From Perna viridis (taxonomy: Eukaryota), in NCBI GenBank assembly GCA_037379345.1, contig CM074524.1, positions 3,445,635-3,509,634 on the forward strand: a stretch of 64,000 nt of DNA. The letters are read 5' to 3'. Below the pieces are notes generated by a model, which saw nothing but the letters and a program-made list of their open reading frames with translations, was not told where the DNA came from and searched no databases. Made by a program: the position numbers and the translations under genes. Positions 57,363-64,000 of this stretch are shown here, one piece after another. Each line of letters opens with the position of its first letter. The first letter of the stretch is position 1.

Positions 57363-58227
57363 ACCTACATCCTATGTTACCCAGAAGAGAAATGACCAAT
57401 CCTTTGTTGCCTAGAAGAGAAATGACCAACATCCTATGTTGCCCAGAAGAAAAATCATCAACCGTATGTTGTCCAGAAGAGAAATGACTAATCCTATGTT
57501 GCCCAGAAGAGACATGATCTATCCTATGTTGCCCAGAAGAGAAATGACTTATCCTATGTTGCCCAGAAGAGAAATGACCTACATCTTATGTTGTCCAGAA
57601 GAGAAATGACCAATCCTATGTTGCATAGAAGAGAAATGACCTACATCCTATGTTGCCCAGAAGAGAAATGACCTACATCCTATGTTGCCCAGAAGAGAAA
57701 TGACCAATCCTTTGTTGCCCAGAAGAGAAAAGACCAATCCTATGTTGCCCAGAAGAGAAATGACCTATCCTATGTTGCCCAGGAGAAATGACCAATCCTA
57801 TGTTGCCCAGAAGAGAAATGACCAATCCTATGTTGTCCAGGAGAAAAATGACCTACATCCTATGTTGTCCAGAAGAGAAATGACGAATCCTATGTTGCCC
57901 AAAAGAGACAAGACCTATGCTATGTTGCCCAGAAGAGAAATGACCAATCCTATGTTGCCCAGAAGAGAAAAGACCAATCCTATGTTGCCCAGAAGAGAAA
58001 TAACCTACATCCTATGTTGTCCAGAAGAGAAATGACCAATCCTATGTTTCCCAGAAGAGAAATGACCTACATCCTATGTTGCCCAGAAGAGAAATGACCA
58101 ATCCTATGTTGCACAGAAGAGAAATGACCAACATCCTATGTTGCCCAGAAGAGAAATGACCTACATCCTTAGTTGCCCAGAAGAGAAATGACCAATCCTA
58201 TGTTGCATAGAAGAGAAATGACCAATC
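57363..58227. repeat. Minisatellite, 30/32 bp x ~28
   Basis: Unit atcctatgttgcccagaagagaaatgacca, with 32-bp 'acctac' variants. Confidence 0.95.
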
Positions 58228-59974
58228 AAAAGGTTTGTAACAAATCAAACTAAATTATTCATAGTTTTAAGTGAAAATTAATTCAATAGTCTCACAAAGG
58301 GCAGAACTGACAGGCATCCATTCTCCCTAAAATTGACAAAGCATGAGTTAAAACAGTAAAAATGCAAGAAAAGGCATATGCGTATCAATTTAAATTACAG
58401 AACCCATCCAGTTAGCAAAACATGAATGAACAATGTTACTTTTGTGTATTGCACCTAGAGCAAGTGATCAGGAATTACTCTAAAAAAAATTTTCCAAACA
58501 CTCTGCAAAGTGACCTGCATCTTCCTCTAACTTTTCAAATCTGCCATTATAGTTGTGTTTATACACACCATCACAACTTTGTTTCCAAGGAAACAATCAA
58601 GAAAAATCAAGACAAAATAAAAGGCAATTTCTCATTAAAGGACATGTAACAATATCCATAAAAGGTAACACCAACAGTTAATATTCAAAGTTGAAGGTAT
58701 TGTTGACTGCTATAGAATTTAAGGACATTTTATTTGTTTATTTGTGCTGCTTTTGTACTTCAATGCAGATTTGAACTCACGTGAATTGAGATTACAAGGT
58801 ACAATACTATTTCTACAGAAAATTGTATATTTCAACATTTTTAAAGCATTACAAACATGTCAAATTATAATGATTGGTAAATCTTAATACATTTGTATCC
58901 TATCAAATTAATTGCAAATTTGAAAGTTATCAAATTAAAGTGTCAAAATTGATTGAATCAATTACTATACACAGCATGCATTATTTCAATGAAATAGAAC
59001 CAAATCTACCAAATTTTTGAATACACATAAATATAATATAGATCTCCATATTATTTCAAAAGAACACTAAAAAAATGGATGATAAAGCCTTTATAATAGA
59101 GTAAACCTCCACTCAAATAGATGCCTTTAATTTATTGACATCATATTGAAACAGATCTGATGCCTGATTTCATCCTCTATTAAGACGATGCAGTAGGCCG
59201 ACATTTCAACCAAAAAATCCTATCAAATTTAACACTTTTAATGAATTCATATTTTCATTTATTAGGTGTTTAATTCAACGAACTTTAGTAGCTAAATCTT
59301 TAAAGAATATTAATGTCTGAGTAAAAATATGAACTGTGACACCATTATTTACTATAAATGAGTTTTTAATTGAGTCTACATTCAATGTTTTGTATGACCA
59401 CAAACTCAAATTTTTGTTCATGTCCAACCTGGAATGAGTTCAGTTACAGTCAATAGGTAAATGAGGTCAGTATTTTTTTGGTCACATTCTCCCCTTAAAA
59501 AGTATGCTAAGCCAACAAGAGCAAAAAGGTCTTATAAGTTGGGCATATATATAGTAAAAAAAAAAAGAATAAGTAGGATTAACCTATAAATAGGATTATC
59601 TATTAGCAGACTTCATGTTCTGTGATCTTTCTAAACTAATATGGTTTGTTTTCTGGTGATAAAATCAGAAGATATGAAAAAATATAAGTTTTAAAATATT
59701 GAAAACCTTGATGACCTTTATCATGTGACCATGTAAAGATAAAATATCTTTATGGTGAGTAAACGCAAAAAAAAGGTAGATAACCTCTATACCGGATTGA
59801 AAAATTCTACAAAATGTCATCCTCTTTAAATCCACATTGAAGGCTTTCAACAGTCAAAATCTGCTAAAGATATCTTGAAATACAGCCTTGGAGGCCTCGT
59901 GAATGCATATGTTGGGAAAAGAAAAATGTAAGTAAAAAACATAAGAAATGAGAAAGAAGAATCCAGGAAGAAAG

Positions 59975-60112
59975 AGCTGTAATCCAAAGAATATATTCCA
60001 AGGACAAACACCACACGGGGAAAATAGACAAACACATGGGAGCACAGATTAGGTGTACCGGTAGGGTAAGCATCCTTTGCTTTTCTAGAAATACCTGCAG
60101 AGTTGATCATAA
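59975..60112 (-). mobile_element. Shorter, more diverged copy of the same 3'-end repeat
   Basis: ggtgtaccggtagggtaagcatcctttgcttttctagaaatacc...gagttgatcataaaatg matches 12925-12990. Confidence 0.7.
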
Positions 60113-63100
60113 AATGTAACCTCCCAGGCAGACGAATAATACATCATTTAAGAAAGAATGTGCGAAATAAAGAATTTTTGTAAATCAGCCAGCTATCAAA
60201 ATTCTTAACCAAAGAAGAGATGTACAATGTATACAGTATGATTCTAAAGAATATAGTATGTTACTAAGGGAAAATTTGATTTTAGAAATAAACAAAAACA
60301 AACAACAAAACTATGAAAAAATTTGTATTAAGGATCAACCACTGAAAAATCCTATAATTCAAGCTCTGAGAATAGATCTTTTAAAAGTAATTGAATAGTC
60401 AGACAGGGAATAAAATCTCGTAGATTTGATTCTTATATTTACACAAACTTTAAAAATATGCGTCTTTATCAATTGAGCATGTAAAAGGCATTGGAAAAAA
60501 TTATCTGGATACAATGAAGGAGTAAAAATGGATCGATTCCCTTTCACCACAATAGTCATTATGGTCTTTTTTTAACCTTGAGATTCAATAGCTGATTTCA
60601 AAACTATTCCATGTAAAAAATTCTGGTCCATAGTTTAATGTCATGGATATTTTCAGCATGGGATATATAAAGATGATAACACAGTCATGTTGGTTGCCAT
60701 GGGACATACTTAGATTGTTGTTGGTTGCCATGGGACATACTAAGATAGGTTTCATGATGACATCACTGTATACTTAAAAGATGCATTAAAAGCCTGATCT
60801 TAGTGATATGTTAAATTGATGAGTCTAGAATTTAAACAGATTAGCACACTAAATTGTTGCTTTAGAGATTTGAGTCACATTTTCAGATGAACTTTACAGA
60901 ATAAGGCCTAAAAAATTTTACCAGTGATTCCTCTAACCCTTCTGACCCTTAGGTATTTTTTTGCAATTTCTGACAAGCACTGTTTAAGCCTGAAATTGTA
61001 TCCAAAACAAACTAGTCAAAAAAAAAAACCTACTCACATGTACCTATCTGACCTACCCTTTTTCAGAGGATGTTAGCAGAAACACAGATATTTTATTTGC
61101 CTAATGACATGACAGAAGAAATGAGTGGACACTTCTTGTATATACTGATTCCCAACTAGGCAAGATTACCACCCTGATTGAACTTTTGCCAATATTTAAG
61201 GTTGGATCCGTAAAAGGGGAGTCAGATTCAGAACCAAAAATTGGAAAAGGGGTCCAGACTCAAATTTTGTAAAAAAAAAAAAAAAAATTCCCAACAAAAG
61301 AGGGGGATTAAATCCCCAATACCCACCCCACTGATCCAACACTACATATAATGAAAATTCATTTTATTCAAAAAAGAAGGATATATATATGCCTATAAGA
61401 AAGGGATTATTAAATGCCATACATACATGTACTAATAGCATTAATTTATTCAACCATGAGTCCAATGTTAGAGACCACGTATTTTGTATTGGAATTCCAT
61501 GATAAAGGGAATTAAAGGCCTTGTTGACAACGTGCCTCCAGATAAGATTGTTCCACATATCTGTTTGTCCCAATGGAGAAGATCGATGTTCTATTTTTTT
61601 TTTAGAGGCTTAAGTGTGACTATACTTAGGTTAATTAATGTTAGAACCATACGACTGCTTGATTCTCATTCATAAAATAATAAATGATTATAAAATGATG
61701 GTCATATGTACTTTGGCTTCTTCTTTGTTGGTCATGATTCAAAACAGTATAGATAATAACTTTTCACCTTTCATTCAAAAATGGTCCATTACCATGAAAA
61801 CACATTTTTACACTTTCTAGAAATCTTTGCCAAGGATGATCTGAATTAACAATCAATGACTAACAACTGTGTATTCTCATCAAAATGTCGTATTTTCAAT
61901 TTCAAAGATGTAAAAATGTAATAATCTAAAGCACTTGATACTCATCCGTTTTCTTCACACATTTTTTTTCAAAAACTCATCTGGGAAAAAACTACATGTA
62001 AAAAAACTTATTAAACGGGATGATGGATTGAACTATGGTGTTTCTTCAATAGAGTTCAATTTTCCATAGGAATTTCCAGTTTTGAATGAAATAAATTTAT
62101 AACAAAACCTTCAAAAATATCATTATTATAATGGAAAAATAAAGACTGATGATTTTAGTATAAAGTTATGACAGCCAATATATTTTGATTTACAACACTT
62201 TAATGATCTTATAACCAATATTGGAAAAATTACACTCTAATTCATTGTTAGAAAATCCAACTAAAGTTACCAGTAATACCAAGGTTTAAATCCCCCCAAA
62301 AATGTACTTCTCCAAAATAATATACACTTCACATACATGTATCAATACAAATGACTGATACACTTTATAAATATTCCAGTAACTATCACAGTTTGAGACC
62401 AATACTTTGCTCATCCAAGGACTTCCAGAACGAGCAGGGCATAAACAGCCAATCCACCAGGGCCTTTATATGGACTCTCAAACATTTGGCATAAGTATCC
62501 AACCCATCAGGGCCTTAATATTGACTCTCAAGCATTTCGCCTCAACACCTCTGTCCAGTGTCATACAGGGATAGAGTATTGACTATCAAGTTTTTGGCCT
62601 GAACAGACCTTGCAGTGTAATACATGGCATGAAGATTGTTTCTGGCCTAAACAACCCTATCCAGTGTCATGCAGGGCCTGAGTATTGACTCAAGAGCTCT
62701 TCAATATTTTATTGACATTACTCCATAATGCCTCCATATCATTCATAGAAAAATCAACAATTTAAATTTATCAGCAAACAAGACAAATATATTCTCAAAA
62801 CACAAGAAGGAATCAATGACATCTATTCAAGAAACTGCCAGGAATGAAAATCAATGGTTCTCAATGTTGATGCTTAAATGTTTAATTTAAACTTATCTAT
62901 TGAAAAAAGGATAAGGAAGATATAATGATGACATGATTATAGAAAGCCGATCAGATACATTATCCAGAGATATTGACAGGAGTCTTTAAAACTAATATCA
63001 TTTCATCATGCAGTGCAGCCTAGCTGGTCTAGTTTCAAGACTCAAAGTAAACAAAGCATGGGATAAGTGAAAATATCCTGTCTGCTGGGGCAAGTGAAAA

Positions 63101-64000
63101 TCCTGCCGGTCAAAAATGTTGTTAGAAAGCTGAGAACTTAAACCATGGTGGATCCAAGGGAAAGGTTACGAAGGTTGGAACACCCTTTCAGTTGGAAGAT
63201 TTTGAAAATTTTTGGCAAAAATTAGTAGATGAAGCCCTTTTGAGAAAAATTGGATCAGAAACCTCCCATTAATTTCTGAAACTGCTTTGAATTCATGCTT
63301 GATAAAATAAAAACAAAAATATAAACTTACATTTTTAAGGAACCATATTTACTAGCCTTGATTGACTCAAGGGCCCCAGGGGTTCAAATTAGTGCCTGTT
63401 AGAAGTTTCTGGCCTGGGTTTCATAAAAAAAAATCTCAACTTGAGAATTTTCTCAAGTCCTGTGTTTTCCTCAAATCTTCAATTTCAAGTGATCTGATAG
63501 GTATAAATATGAGTTCAGGAAGGATATGAGATGATTTACGAAACCAAAACCTGAACTAAAACCTTAGAAATTTCATTTAAAACCTAGGTCCTGGAAACTC
63601 TCTTCACAGATACATGTACTTTAATGAGGCTCTTAGTAGATAAACCATTTATTTGAAATATATATGGAAAAATACAAGAAAGTAAATTTTACCCCTGAAA
63701 TCTGGTAAAGGCTGTTTTTTCTAAAACAAGACCTCAAATTTCTACAACTAGGAAAGGTGACCTATTGATATGTACAAGCCAAAGTAATTTATAATGGAAA
63801 ATTAAGCTGTTTGAAATCATTCCTTTAAATGGAAACAACAATTTTCAAAAGTCCACAACACTGCATGTTACAAACAATATTGAGCAATCAAGCCTTTACT
63901 ACTGTGCAGGAGGGAATGGATTATAAACCAAGCCTTTACTACTGTACAGGAGGGAATGGATTATAATTGAGGAAGTTCCTGGCAAAAGACCTTTGTTTCC

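Noticed and set aside
57682-58035. 117-aa MLPRREMTNP repeat ORF
   Set aside because: Translation of a 30-bp minisatellite, broken by 32-bp units.
63331-63395. Candidate upstream exon (ctaacag|...|gtaagt)
   Set aside because: Stop codons in all three frames. No DCX1-coding exon was found in 49078-64000.

Overview
AT-rich animal genomic DNA. The repeat families point to a bivalve mollusc, probably a mussel (inference). Nearly the whole window is one minus-strand, intron-rich gene. By hand I assembled 12 coding exons with GT-AG boundaries and consistent phases (49077 down to 3699; 9,948 nt, about 3,315 aa in window). The 5' exons, which should encode the first DCX domain, were not found and probably lie beyond 64000. 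The small exons encode a doublecortin (DCX) domain and the C-terminal 'GVFKA...TRGAREV...TKVDLPIDQ' motif typical of DCDC2. They splice in frame onto one ~8.8-kb terminal exon carrying about 40 IQ (calmodulin-binding) motifs, a 14-aa RQ repeat and an RxEEPSP repeat. The product is a DCDC2-like microtubule binder fused to an ASPM-like IQ array. The introns hold a decayed Penelope-like RT fragment with two non-coding copies of its structured 3' end, Helentron-type (HINE/pearl-like) elements, several MITE families, a short SINE-tail insertion with a 12-bp TSD, and many minisatellites. Two minisatellites sit directly on splice sites. No rRNA, tRNA or CRISPR features were seen. All calls were made by eye and no database searches were run.
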